Below the pieces are notes generated by a model, which worked only from the letters and a program-made list of their open reading frames with translations, was not told the DNA's origin and ran no database searches. Source: an uncultured delta proteobacterium (lineage in GTDB: Bacteria > Myxococcota_A > UBA9160 > SMWR01). Taken from it: a stretch of DNA of 64,000 bases. Location of the stretch: assembly GCA_963832165.1 (NCBI GenBank), contig CAWHTE010000004.1:352001-416000 (forward strand). The letters run 5' to 3'. Below, piece by piece: positions 1 through 18,007 of this stretch. The position numbers and the translations under genes were made by a program. Numbering within the stretch: position 1 is the first letter of the stretch; the number at the start of each line of letters is the position of its first letter.

Positions 1-426
1 ATCGGCGCGTCCGATGCGGGCGCGCACCTCGACATGATCGACACGTTCGCGATCGCGACCCAGGTGCTCGGCAACGGTGTGCGGCGGCACGGGGTGGTGA
101 GCCTCGAGCAGGCGGTCCAGAAGCTCTCCGACGTGCCCGCGCGGCTCTACGGGCTGCGCGAGCGCGGGCGTCTCCAGCCGGGTTGGTTCGCCGACGTCAC
201 CGTGTTCGATGCGGACTCGGTCGACAGCGGACCCACCTACACGCGCTACGACCTGCCCGCGGGCGCAGGGCGGCTGTACGCCGACGCGCTCGGGATCGAG
301 CACGTGCTCGTGAACGGCGTCGAGATCGTGCGCGGCAGCGAGCACACGGGCGCGCTGCCGGGCACCGTGCTGCGCTCGGGCCGCGACACGGATACGGTCG
401 AGGTACCGGGCGGCCGAGCCGCCTGA
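1..426 (+). CDS. N-acyl-D-amino-acid deacylase / amidohydrolase family protein, C-terminal part (5' end outside window)
   Basis: Frame open from base 1: IGASDAGAHLDMI...LEQAVQKLS..PA..YGLRERGRLQPGWFADVTVFD...VLVNGV...LPG, typical D-aminoacylase C-terminus. Confidence 0.85.
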   Translation: MGASDAGAHLDMIDTFAIATQVLGNGVRRHGVVSLEQAVQKLSDVPARLYGLRERGRLQPGWFADVTVFDADSVDSGPTYTRYDLPAGAGRLYADALGIEHVLVNGVEIVRGSEHTGALPGTVLRSGRDTDTVEVPGGRAA

Positions 427-1337
427 TGGCCCGGCGCGACGATCTCGTCGTGATCGAAGTGGCGCTGAACGGCGTGCACTCGAAGCGCGATGCCGCGCAG
501 CTGCCCATGACGCCCGATGAGATCGCGGCGGACATGATCCGCTGCCTCGATGCGGGCGCGAGCATCTGCCACGCGCACGATCAGATCCGCGCCGAGACCA
601 CGACCGCGGAGCTCGAGGCGATCGTGGGCGGCACCTACCGCAAGGTGCTCGCGGAGCACCCCGACGCGCTGCTCTACCCGGCCCCCACCTTCGTCGGATC
701 GCTGCAGGAGCGCTGGAGCGTGCACGCGGGGCTCGCGCGCGACGGCCTGATCAAGACCGGCTACGTCGACCCGGGCTCGACCAATCTCGGCGTGCTCGAC
801 GAGTCGGGTGTCCCGGCGCCCACGAATTTCGTGTACGCGCACAGCTACGCCGACATCCGCTGGTGGTTCGAGGAGTGCGAGCGGCTGCGACTCGCGCCGA
901 ACATGTCGATCTTCGAGCCGGGCTTCCTCCAGGCGGCGCTCGCCTACGAGCGCGCGGGCCGGCTGCCCGCGGGCGCCTACGCGCGCTTCTACTTCGGCGG
1001 CGGCGAGTATCTCACGGCGCGTCCGGGCCCGTTCTCGTTCGGCATGCCGCCGCTGCTGCCGTGCCTCGAGGCCTATCTCGCGATGCTCGACCAAAGCGCC
1101 AGCGCGCTGCCGTGGTTCGTCGCGGTGCTCGCGGGCGACGTGGTCGCGAGCGGGATGGCGCGCGCGGCGCTCGAGCGCGGCGGCCACGTGCGCGTCGGTC
1201 TCGAGGACGCTGCGGGTGCGCGCGATTGCAGCAACGCGGAGCTCGTCGAGGAGGTGGTGGCGCTCGCGCACGAAGTCGGCCGCCGGGTCGCCACACCTGC
1301 CGAGACCGCGAAGCTGTTCGGGTTCCCGCGCGCGTGA
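426..1337 (+). CDS. BKACE / 3-keto-5-aminohexanoate cleavage enzyme family (DUF849)
   Basis: ATG overlaps upstream TGA; IEVALNG, P.TPDEIA, HxH (CHAHD), FEPGFL, GGHVRVGLED, N.ELVE motifs. Confidence 0.88.
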   Translation: MARRDDLVVIEVALNGVHSKRDAAQLPMTPDEIAADMIRCLDAGASICHAHDQIRAETTTAELEAIVGGTYRKVLAEHPDALLYPAPTFVGSLQERWSVHAGLARDGLIKTGYVDPGSTNLGVLDESGVPAPTNFVYAHSYADIRWWFEECERLRLAPNMSIFEPGFLQAALAYERAGRLPAGAYARFYFGGGEYLTARPGPFSFGMPPLLPCLEAYLAMLDQSASALPWFVAVLAGDVVASGMARAALERGGHVRVGLEDAAGARDCSNAELVEEVVALAHEVGRRVATPAETAKLFGFPRA

Positions 1338-2482
1338 GCGCCGCGACGCGCCGCCTCGGCACGTGCGTCCTCTCGGGCATCACCTCGAGGTGGAAGCGCT
1401 ATGCCGAGGTGCCCTCCACGCCGCCGTCGCTGCGCGTGGTCGCCGAGGCCGCGCTCGATCGCGGCTTCTCGCTCGGCATGAACTGGCTCACCGAGCTGCC
1501 GCGCCCCGCGGAGCTCCGGCGTGCGCGCGCCGAGGTCGCCGAGATGGCGGCGTTCATGGCCGACCGCGGATACCACGAGGCTCCCGCGAATTATCACCGC
1601 ACGCCCACGCCGCCCGGTGCGGTGCGGAGGTCGGGCCGGCGCGCGTGGCTCGCGCGGCAGCCCACCCACTACGAAGCGATCGCGTTCGCGAGCGAGTACG
1701 CGCCGTTCGAGGGCGAGCCCGGGGGCAAGCGCTGGCTCGAACACCCGCGCAATCACACGGTGCGTGCGCAGGTGTTCGAACACCCGGGCGAGCCGCGCCC
1801 GTGGGTCGTGGGCGTGCACGGATTCGGCATGGGAACACCGCTCACGAACTTCGCGATGTTCCAACCGGAGCGCCTGTTTCACGAGCGCGGATGGAACGTG
1901 CTGCTGCCGAGTCTGCCGCTGCATGGGCGGCGCGGCGTGGGGCGCATGTCGGGCGGCGAGGTGCTCGCGCCCGACTATCTGCAGATGGTGCACCTGTTCG
2001 CGCAGGGCGTCTGGGACGTGCGGCGTGCGATCGCGTGGATCCGGTCGCGCGGCGGCACGCGGATCGCGATCTACGCGATTTCGCTCGGCGCCTACGTGAG
2101 CGCGATGGTGGCCTCGCTCGAGGACGATCTCGCGGGCGTGATCGCGGGCATTCCCGCGGTCGATTTTCCGAGTCTCGCGCGCGACAACGAACCGCGGCGA
2201 CTGCGGAGCTATGGAGCCGACGCGCAGATCGACTGGGCTCACGTGCGCCAGGCGACCCAGGCCGTGTCGCCGCTCGCGCTCACGCCGCGTGTTCCGCTCG
2301 ATCGGCGATTCATCTTCGCGGGAACGGCCGATCACGTCGCGCGCCCGGATCAGGCGCGCGCGCTCTGGCGGCATTGGGAGCGCTGCTCGATCCACTGGTT
2401 CCCGGGCGGCCACGTCGCGGCGCGGTGGAACCCGACGATCGCGCCGTTCGTCGACGCCTCGCTCGAGACCTGCCTCGCCTGA
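1334..2482 (+). CDS. Alpha/beta hydrolase fold protein
   Basis: GTG overlaps upstream stop (GTGA); HGFGMG oxyanion region, LPLHGRR, AISLGA nucleophile elbow, Asp (ADH) and His (GGH). Confidence 0.8.
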   Translation: MSAATRRLGTCVLSGITSRWKRYAEVPSTPPSLRVVAEAALDRGFSLGMNWLTELPRPAELRRARAEVAEMAAFMADRGYHEAPANYHRTPTPPGAVRRSGRRAWLARQPTHYEAIAFASEYAPFEGEPGGKRWLEHPRNHTVRAQVFEHPGEPRPWVVGVHGFGMGTPLTNFAMFQPERLFHERGWNVLLPSLPLHGRRGVGRMSGGEVLAPDYLQMVHLFAQGVWDVRRAIAWIRSRGGTRIAIYAISLGAYVSAMVASLEDDLAGVIAGIPAVDFPSLARDNEPRRLRSYGADAQIDWAHVRQATQAVSPLALTPRVPLDRRFIFAGTADHVARPDQARALWRHWERCSIHWFPGGHVAARWNPTIAPFVDASLETCLA

Positions 2483-2504
2483 GCCGCTCGCGCGCGGAGA
2501 ACCC

Positions 2505-2549
2505 ATGAACGTCCTCGTGACTGGCGCGTCGTCGGGAACGGAAGGTTGA
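2505..2549 (+). pseudogene. 14-codon remnant of an SDR N-terminus (MNVLVTGASSGTEG*)
   Basis: GGAGA RBS, then an SDR-like Rossmann start VLVTGASSG, stopped immediately. Confidence 0.55.
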
Positions 2550-2552
2550 CCC

Positions 2553-3794
2553 ATGAAGGCGCTCGTGTTTGGCGTTCCGCCGCAGGGCTTCGAGCCGCCG
2601 CCCGATGCGAACGATCTGGCCCGCAAGCTCGCCACGACGCCGGTCGCGCTGCGCGAGATCCCGGATGCCCGGCCGCTGCGCCCCGACTGGGTCGTGGCGC
2701 GGCCGATCCTCACGGGCATCTGCGGGTCCGACTCGAAGCAGATCCTCCTGGACTTCGGCGAAGGCGACAGCGACAACGCGATGAGCGGGCTCTGCTCGTT
2801 TCCGCAGGTGATGGGGCACGAGGTGGTCGCGCGCGTGGTCGAGACTGGGCCCGGAGGCGCGCGGGCTCGACGTCGGCCAGCGCGTGGTGCTGAACCCGTG
2901 GCTGTCGTGCGCGCCGCGCGGGATCTCTCCGCTGTGCCCCGCGTGCGAGGCGGGCGACCTGTCGCTGTGCTGGAGCTTCACCGCCGGCTCGATCAGCAAG
3001 GGCATCCACACCGGCGTGTCGAGCGACGCCACCGGCGGCTACGCGGAGCTGATGCCCGCGCACGACTCGATGCTGTTCCCGGTCCCCGACGACGTCTCCG
3101 ACGAGCAGGCGGTCTTCGCCGACCCGTTCGCGGTGTCGCTGCACAGCGTCACGCGCCACCCGCCGCCCGCCGGGCGGCAAGGTGCTCGTGTGGGGCGGCG
3201 GCGCGCTCGGCTCGTGCGCGATCGCGATCCTGCGCGCGCTCCACCCGACGTGGAGGTCGCGTGCGTGGCGCGGTTCGACGCGCAGGCCGGCCTCGCACGG
3301 CGGCTCGGGGCGTCGGTGGTGCTCGGCTCGGACGATCGCCTGCAGATTCTCGAGGAGCTGGCGACGTGGTCGGGCGGCGTGCTCGTGCCGACGATGGAGG
3401 GCCTGCCCGGCCTGCCGATGTGCCACCCGGGCAAGGTCGACGTCGCCTACGACACGGTCGGCAAGCCCGAGACGTTCGAGATCGGGGTCCGGCTGCTCAA
3501 GGCGCGCGGCACGCTGGTGAAGAGCGGCGTGCACGCGCCGGGGCGCTGGGAGTGGAGCCCGCTCTACTTCAAGGAGATCAACTGGGTCGGCTCCAACGCG
3601 TTCGGCGTCGAGGAGGTCGAGGGCGAGCGCAAGCACGGCATCCAGCACTACCTCGACCTCGTGCGCGCCGGCCGCATCGACCTGCGCCCGATGCTCACGC
3701 ACACGTTCGCGCTCGACGGAGTGGCAGGAGGCGTTCTACACGATCGCGAGCAGGGCGCACCGGCGCGATCAAGGTCGCGATCACGGGAGGCTAG
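2553..3794 (+). CDS. Zinc-dependent alcohol dehydrogenase (MDR), frameshifted
   Basis: GICGSD, GHEVVA, Cys cluster CAPRG..CPAC..DLSLC, GGGALG, ending GAIKVAITGG; pieces lie in three frames (shifts near 2870, 3175, 3245, 3720-3760). Confidence 0.85.
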   Translation: MKALVFGVPPQGFEPPPDANDLARKLATTPVALREIPDARPLRPDWVVARPILTGICGSDSKQILLDFGEGDSDNAMSGLCSFPQVMGHEVVARVVETGPGGARARRRPARGAEPVAVVRAARDLSAVPRVRGGRPVAVLELHRRLDQQGHPHRRVERRHRRLRGADARARLDAVPGPRRRLRRAGGLRRPVRGVAAQRHAPPAARRAARCSCGAAARSARARSRSCARSTRRGGRVRGAVRRAGRPRTAARGVGGARLGRSPADSRGAGDVVGRRARADDGGPARPADVPPGQGRRRLRHGRQARDVRDRGPAAQGARHAGEERRARAGALGVEPALLQGDQLGRLQRVRRRGGRGRAQARHPALPRPRARRPHRPAPDAHAHVRARRSGRRRSTRSRAGRTGAIKVAITGG

Positions 3795-3809
3795 GCCGAG
3801 GCCCGACGA

Positions 3810-3839
3810 CCTACGGAGCGATCCCTGCGTCGCTGTAGG
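3810..3839 (+). terminator. Hairpin after the ADH stop (possible terminator)
   Basis: CCTAC..AGCGA-loop-TCGCT GTAGG inverted repeat; no U-tract. Confidence 0.3.
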
Positions 3840-3860
3840 ACCACCCCTCAATAGTTCGGT

Positions 3861-3878
3861 TTACGAATCAACTCGTAA
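3861..3878. promoter_or_regulatory. Palindromic putative operator upstream of the FG-GAP operon
   Basis: TTACGA-N6-TCGTAA perfect inverted repeat in an AT-richer intergenic stretch. Confidence 0.4.
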
Positions 3879-4028
3879 GCGATTTCTCTTCTCGACGCTG
3901 ATCGGCGAGTGTTAGGGTGCAGAAGCCGCAAGTGCCTGTGAAGTAGTTCATCACGGGCACGGTTGCGTGCACTCGATACTGAGAGTGGGGCCGCGGCGCC
4001 GGCGCTGCGGCCGGCCAAGCGAGACGCG

Positions 4029-12510
<8,482 letters not shown>

Positions 12511-12600
12511 CCCCGAGCCCGCGCGCGGGCTCCTGCTCGGCGCGGGGATCGCTCTGCTCCGGGCGCTCGCGCGCGTGCGTCAGCAGAGGAGCACGAACCC

Positions 12601-13617
12601 ATGAAGACGATGAGCGCGGTCGTTTCGCTGGCGCTGGTGACGTGTGCCGCCTCCGCTGGCGCTCTCACCGACGTATTCGGCACCGGAGCAAACGAGTTCA
12701 GCATCGACTTCGTCGGGATCGGCGATCCGGGCAACCCGGCGGACACCACGGGCAACCCCAATCCCGGCGGCTCGGTCCCCTATCTCTTCCAGATCGGGAC
12801 CTATGAAGTCAGCCGCGACATGGTGATCAAGGCGAACGCCGAAGGCGGGCTCGCGATCACGTTGCAGGACATGACATCGCTCGGGGGCAATGGTCTAGAC
12901 CGGCCCGCGACGGGAGTGAGCTGGAACGAAGCCGCTCGCTTCGTGAACTGGCTCAATATCAGTGAGGGATTCCAGCCGGCCTACAAGTTCAGCACCCAGC
13001 CCGGGGGTGGGGGCTACAGCGCGAACGCGAACATCGTTCTCTGGCAAGCGGGCGACACTGGCTTCGATCCAGCCAATCCGTTTCGCAACAGCCTCGCTCA
13101 CTATTTCCTTCCGAGCGCCAACGAATGGTACAAGGCGGCCTACTACGATCCGATCTCCGGCAGCTATTTCGACTACCCGACGGGCAGCAACGGCGCGCCG
13201 ACGCCCGTGTCGAGCGGCACGGCGGCCGGGACCGCGGTCTACAGCCGGTTGTTCTCCCACGGCCCCGCGGACATCGATCAGGCGGGCGGCCTGAGCCCGT
13301 ATGGCACGATGGCGCAGGGCGGCAATGTCACCGAGTGGATGGAGACGGAGGCCGATGGGGTCAACAATTCCCCGTCGGCCGTTCGCATCGAACGCGGCGG
13401 CGGTTGGCGGAACGACTCCAGTCGCTTGCTGGCAACGGGCGTGTTCAGCGACCTGCCATCCGATGGTTTCGACGATATCGGCTTCCGGGTCGCCAGCGTC
13501 CCCGAGCCCGGCACACTCGAGCTGGCGTTGTTGGGGTTGGGCTTGACTGCGTTGTGGACGCGCCGGACACGGGCTGGCCGCTGCTCATCGTCGCTTGCGC
13601 AGCCAGGAACCCGCTAG
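12601..13617 (+). CDS. SUMF1/FGE-sulfatase (C-type lectin fold) domain PEP-CTERM protein
   Basis: Signal peptide; FV.IGDPGNPADT, IGTYEVS, VSWNEAARFVNWL, LPS.NEWYKAAYY, QGGNVTEW, RGGGW, IGFRVASVPEP + TM + RR. Confidence 0.9.
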   Translation: MKTMSAVVSLALVTCAASAGALTDVFGTGANEFSIDFVGIGDPGNPADTTGNPNPGGSVPYLFQIGTYEVSRDMVIKANAEGGLAITLQDMTSLGGNGLDRPATGVSWNEAARFVNWLNISEGFQPAYKFSTQPGGGGYSANANIVLWQAGDTGFDPANPFRNSLAHYFLPSANEWYKAAYYDPISGSYFDYPTGSNGAPTPVSSGTAAGTAVYSRLFSHGPADIDQAGGLSPYGTMAQGGNVTEWMETEADGVNNSPSAVRIERGGGWRNDSSRLLATGVFSDLPSDGFDDIGFRVASVPEPGTLELALLGLGLTALWTRRTRAGRCSSSLAQPGTR

Positions 13618-14126
13618 CCCTCGCAGATCTCGCCGATCTTCCAGCCCCGGCCCGCGCGCGCGAGCGCGCGCGACCGCGCACCGTCCTTGCCGGGCGCGGT
13701 CACGCGGATGATCTGCGTACGCCCACCCGTGAGCGCCACGAGCTTCACGCGGAACGGGCGCAGTCCGGGCTCCGTCTCCCTCGCCGGAGCCGGCGCGCCG
13801 CCCGTGAAGCCGGCCTCCACGAGCAACGGCTCGAATCCCGACGGCGAATCGAGCACCTCGAGTCCTAGTCCGCCCGCGCCCGAGGTCGCGAAGTGCGCGG
13901 CGAGGCGGTCGAGACGGGCCACGCACACCTTCACGCGCAGCTCGGGCCGCGGCGCCGCGGGTGGGAACACGAGCTCGAGCACGTCGCCCTCGGCGGCGCG
14001 CACGCGCGTCTGCACATAGATCCCGCGCTCGGACACGTCGCGCACGATGCCGGAATGGCGCTTGCCCGCGACCCAGAGCTCGCAGGCGAGCCGGCGAACC
14101 ATCCGCGGCTTTCGGCGCTTCTCCAC
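13614..14126 (-). CDS. PilZ domain protein with extra C-terminal domain
   Basis: RRKPR (RxxxR) and DVSERG (DxSxxG) c-di-GMP-binding motifs. Confidence 0.8.
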   Translation of the reverse strand: MEKRRKPRMVRRLACELWVAGKRHSGIVRDVSERGIYVQTRVRAAEGDVLELVFPPAAPRPELRVKVCVARLDRLAAHFATSGAGGLGLEVLDSPSGFEPLLVEAGFTGGAPAPARETEPGLRPFRVKLVALTGGRTQIIRVTAPGKDGARSRALARAGRGWKIGEICEG

Positions 14127-14204
14127 GGCGATCGGATCGGCAGGTCCGGGGCCTCGCTTTACGCGGGGCTTGCCAACCGGTCCATGAGAGCGTCTCGCGC
14201 CGCG

Positions 14205-15342
14205 TTAACGGCCCAGCAGAAACGCCGCGTTGTCTGCGCGCAGACCCGGATGCGCGTCGAGGACGCCGCGATAGTCGGCCACGGGCGTCGCGGTGCCCTC
14301 CGAGTGCGGATAGTCCGAGCAGCACATGTAGAGGTCGCTGCCGCCCGTCTGCCGGATGATCCGCTCGGGCAGCTCGTAGGCGAACGACGACACGCGCACG
14401 TGTCGCTTGAATACCTCGCTGCCCGGGCCGTCGAGTGCCGTCCGGCTCTCGCCGTGCAGCCGGTTCACGAAGCGCATGCCGCCGTCGAGCATCATCAGGT
14501 ACATCGGCACCCAGACCGCCGAGAGCTCGACGATGCCGAGCCGCAGCTGCGGGTGGCGCGTGAACACGCCGTTCACGATCAGATCCGTGGCCCCGAGTGC
14601 GGCGGGCGTCCACAGGAAGATCGATTCGAGCACGGGGACGCCGCCGAGCTCACCGTCCGTGTACCACGCGTCGTGGAACGGGCGCGGCTGATCGGCGACG
14701 TGGAACACGGGCGTCACGCCGTGCTCGGTGAACAGCGACCACGCTCGGTCGAGCGAGGGGTGCGAGAGCGGCACGCCGTCGACGAGCGCGGGTGCGATCA
14801 TGGCGAGGCGCAGCCCGGCGCTCGCTGCGGCTCCGAGCTCGGCGCCGAGCCAGTCGAGGTCACCCAGATGCAGGTGCATCACTGGATGGAGGCGCCCTTC
14901 GCCGGCAGCGGCGACCTCCGCGCACCAGCGGTTCCACGCGCGCAGATTCGCGAGCAGCGCAGGGCGCGACCAGGCTCCGAGCTTGCGCTCCCAGCCGAGG
15001 CCGTAGTTCGGGAACAGCACCGCCTCGTCGACACCGAGCACCGCGAGCTTGGCGACGCGCGCGGACGGCTCCCAGTAGTCGCGCGGCAGCGCTTCGTCGT
15101 AGTGGCGCAGCGGCGGCAGACCCGCGCGCTCGCGCCGGCGCCGCTCGCCGATCGCGTCGGTCTCGCCGGGATCCTGCACGTCGGCCACTCCGAGCACGCG
15201 GCCGCGCCAGCGTGAGCCAGGTGTGGCCGCGCGCGTCGTCGGTGAGCTCGAGCGCGTCGTCGCGCAGCGCGGGGTCGATGTGCTCGCGCCACATGCCGCG
15301 GTACTCGTAGAGATGCTGATCGGAGTCGATCACCACGGGCAT
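14205..15342 (-). CDS. Amidohydrolase_2 family protein, frameshift near 15200
   Basis: IDSDQHLYE metal motif in one frame; AVLFPN, AWNRW, PVFHV, VFTRHPQLR.GIVE, SDYPHSEG in the next. Confidence 0.85.
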
Positions 15343-15384
15343 GCGCGCAAGTCTACGGGAGGGGCGGAGGCCCGGCGACTCGAC

Positions 15385-16536
15385 TCAGCGCCCGAGGATC
15401 GCAATCCCACAGGTGGTCGGCGGGCCGCCGATGTTGTGCGAGAGCGCGAGGCTCGCGTTGGGGACCTGGCGCGGGCCCGCGCGGCCCTGCAGCTGCAGCG
15501 TGTTCTCGTAGATCATGCGCACGCCGGTCGCGCCGGTCGGATGGCCGAAGGTCTTGAGCCCGCCGTCCGTGTTCACGGGCAGCTCGCCGCCGAGCTCGAA
15601 CGTGCCGCTCGCGACGTGATCCTTCGCCTCGCCCTTCTTGCACAGGCCGAGGTCCTCGTAGGTCAGCAGCTCGGTCAGCGTGAAGCAGTCGTGGAGCTGG
15701 ACGACGTCGAGCTCGCGGAACGGCTCGGTGATGCCGGCCTGCGCGTAGGCGTCCTTCGCGGCGTAGATCGTGGGCTTCCAGCCCAGGAAGTCGAAGTTCG
15801 GATCGCGCTGCGGGTGCTCCGCGACGGCGATCGAGACCGCCTTCACGAGCACGGGATCGTCGCGGAAGCTCTTCGCGAGGTCGGCGCGCGTGAGCACGCA
15901 CGCTGCGGCGCCGTCGGACTGCGCCGCGCAGTCGTAGAGGCCGAACGGCCACGAGATGATGCGCGCCTCGAGCACGTCCTTCACGGTGATCTCGCGCTTG
16001 AGCATCGACTTCGGCGCGAGCGTGCCGTTGTGGTGGTTCTTGACCGCGATCTTCGCGAGGTCCTCGCGGCCCGCGCCGAACGTCTCGAAGTAGCGCGCGG
16101 CGCACAGCGAGAACCAGCCCGCGGGCGTCGCGGGCAGTCCGCGCACCTTGTCGAACGTGACCGAGGGACCCGAAACGCCGCGGTCCTTCGGCTTGTCGAA
16201 GCCGACCACGAGCACGGTGTCGTACATGCCCGACGCCACCGCGAAGACCCCGTACCGGAACGCGTCGGTGCCGGTCTGGCAGTAGTCGGAGACGATGCTG
16301 ATCGGCTTGCCGAACATCTTGAGGGCTTCGGCGATCTCGGACGTGCCGTCGCGCGGGTAGACCGCGCCCGCGAACACGGCTTCGATCTGGCGCTGCGGGT
16401 CCTCGATGCCCGCATCGGCATAGGCTTCGTATGCCGCGTCGACGATCATGTCCTCGCGCGACTGGTCCCAGTTCTCGCCGAACTGGCACGCGCCGACGCC
16501 TACCACCGCCACCTTGTCGCGAATCGACTCCGCCAT
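15385..16536 (-). CDS. Thiolase (SCP-x / acetyl-CoA acetyltransferase-like)
   Basis: MAESIRDKVAVVGVG, DYCQTG (Cys), KNHHNG, SDGAAA, LHDCFT, VNTDGGLKTFGHPTGATG, HNIGG. Confidence 0.92.
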   Translation of the reverse strand: MAESIRDKVAVVGVGACQFGENWDQSREDMIVDAAYEAYADAGIEDPQRQIEAVFAGAVYPRDGTSEIAEALKMFGKPISIVSDYCQTGTDAFRYGVFAVASGMYDTVLVVGFDKPKDRGVSGPSVTFDKVRGLPATPAGWFSLCAARYFETFGAGREDLAKIAVKNHHNGTLAPKSMLKREITVKDVLEARIISWPFGLYDCAAQSDGAAACVLTRADLAKSFRDDPVLVKAVSIAVAEHPQRDPNFDFLGWKPTIYAAKDAYAQAGITEPFRELDVVQLHDCFTLTELLTYEDLGLCKKGEAKDHVASGTFELGGELPVNTDGGLKTFGHPTGATGVRMIYENTLQLQGRAGPRQVPNASLALSHNIGGPPTTCGIAILGR

Positions 16537-16538
16537 GC

Positions 16539-17945
16539 CTATACCTCGGTCGGGCTCGCCTTCCAGAAATAGTTCGCTTTGCCACCCGCGTCGTGGATCT
16601 TGCGGAACACGTACTCGACCGGCTGGTCGAGCTTGATCTCCGCGGGCCGGACGTTCGTCATCTGCACCTGCACGCGGCAGCCGTCGACCTCGGTCATCAC
16701 CATGATCGTGGGCGGCTCGGCAGCCGGGAAGAAGTAGTCGAAGGTGTAGGCGAGCAGCTTGCCGCGGCGGTCCGAGAGCCGGACCGGCTCCCAGCCGTCC
16801 TTCGCGAAGCATATGGCGCACACGCGCTGGCGCGGGAAGTGGATCTGACTGCAGCTCGTGCAGCGCGCGCCCAGGAACGCGATGTCGGCGTCGCGCTCGC
16901 GGAAGCGGATCGTGGCCGAGAGGCCGAGGTCGGCGCCCGACTGCCATTCCTTCGGATCGAGCCCGCGTGCGCGCAGGTAGGTGTCGTAGCTCCCGAGCGC
17001 TCGCCGGCGCGCGAGGTGCCACGACATGCCGCGCCGCGGCGCGAGCCGCGTGATCGCGTCGGTCACTTCGAACGCGAGCGCGTGCGCGCCGTCGCCGTAG
17101 GCCGCCACGAGCACGCGGTCTCCGGGACGCGCGGTCTCGAGCGCGTGGACGAAGAGCATCAGCGCGAAGGGCGTGCCCGTGTTGCCGAGCCGGCCGAACA
17201 GCGCGTCCTGCACCTGCTGGTCCTTGAATCCGAGCTTGCGCACGACGCCGCCCGCACTGCGCTCGTCGGGGGTGTAGAGCGCGATCCTCGCGAAGTCCTC
17301 GGGGCTGCGTCCCGTCTTGGCGATCAGCCCGCGCAGGGCCGCGATCGCATTCGGCGTGTAGCCCTCCTGGATCGCGAAGCGATCCTCCCAGGAGTGGGTG
17401 AAGCGCTCGCCCTCGATCCGCCACACGTCCTGCAGCTCGTCGGCCACCGAGAACGAGGCCTCGAAGCGCGCGATCGGGCTCGCCGTGACGAGCAGCGCGA
17501 CCGCGCCGTCGCCGAGCTTCGCCTCGAGCGCGCCGCGCGGAGCGCCGAGCCGGCAGTCGCTCGCGACCACGAGCACCGACCGCAGCGCGCCCGCGGTGAC
17601 CGCGTGCAGCGCGCTCTCGAGAGCCGCGGTGCCCGCGCGCAGCGAGCCCGAGTGGTCCTGGGTCAGTACGTCGCGCCGAAGATCGAGCGCCTTCGCGATC
17701 AGCGCGGCGCCCTGCTTCTCGCGCAGCGGATAGGTCGTGGAGGCGAAGTAGACCGCATCGACGGTCTCGCGCGCGACGCCGGTCAGGCAATCGATCGCGG
17801 CGGTCACGGCCATCGTCACGGCGTCTTCGTCGTAGTCGGCGACGGCGCGCTCGGCGCCTCCCTCTTTCGCGGGACGGCCCGCGATCAGCGCGAGCGGCAG
17901 GCGCGTGATCGGGACGTAGGCGCCGTAGGCGGCGATGCCGGTCAT
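16539..17945 (-). CDS. HMG-CoA synthase-like domain fused to DUF35 Zn-ribbon/OB-fold
   Basis: GIAAYGAYVP, EDAVTMA, GDGAVA, GNTG, YGDGA; C-terminal CTSC..HFPRQRVCAIC and OB fold ending YFWKA. Confidence 0.88.
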   Translation of the reverse strand: MTGIAAYGAYVPITRLPLALIAGRPAKEGGAERAVADYDEDAVTMAVTAAIDCLTGVARETVDAVYFASTTYPLREKQGAALIAKALDLRRDVLTQDHSGSLRAGTAALESALHAVTAGALRSVLVVASDCRLGAPRGALEAKLGDGAVALLVTASPIARFEASFSVADELQDVWRIEGERFTHSWEDRFAIQEGYTPNAIAALRGLIAKTGRSPEDFARIALYTPDERSAGGVVRKLGFKDQQVQDALFGRLGNTGTPFALMLFVHALETARPGDRVLVAAYGDGAHALAFEVTDAITRLAPRRGMSWHLARRRALGSYDTYLRARGLDPKEWQSGADLGLSATIRFRERDADIAFLGARCTSCSQIHFPRQRVCAICFAKDGWEPVRLSDRRGKLLAYTFDYFFPAAEPPTIMVMTEVDGCRVQVQMTNVRPAEIKLDQPVEYVFRKIHDAGGKANYFWKASPTEV

Positions 17946-18007
17946 GGAATCTCACTCCTCGCTGCGCGCATCTTGCATCGATGGACCGGCGACGATAGCG
18001 CGGCGGT

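Noticed and set aside
12601..13617. Complete diversity-generating retroelement
   Set aside because: No reverse transcriptase, Avd or template repeat seen in the window
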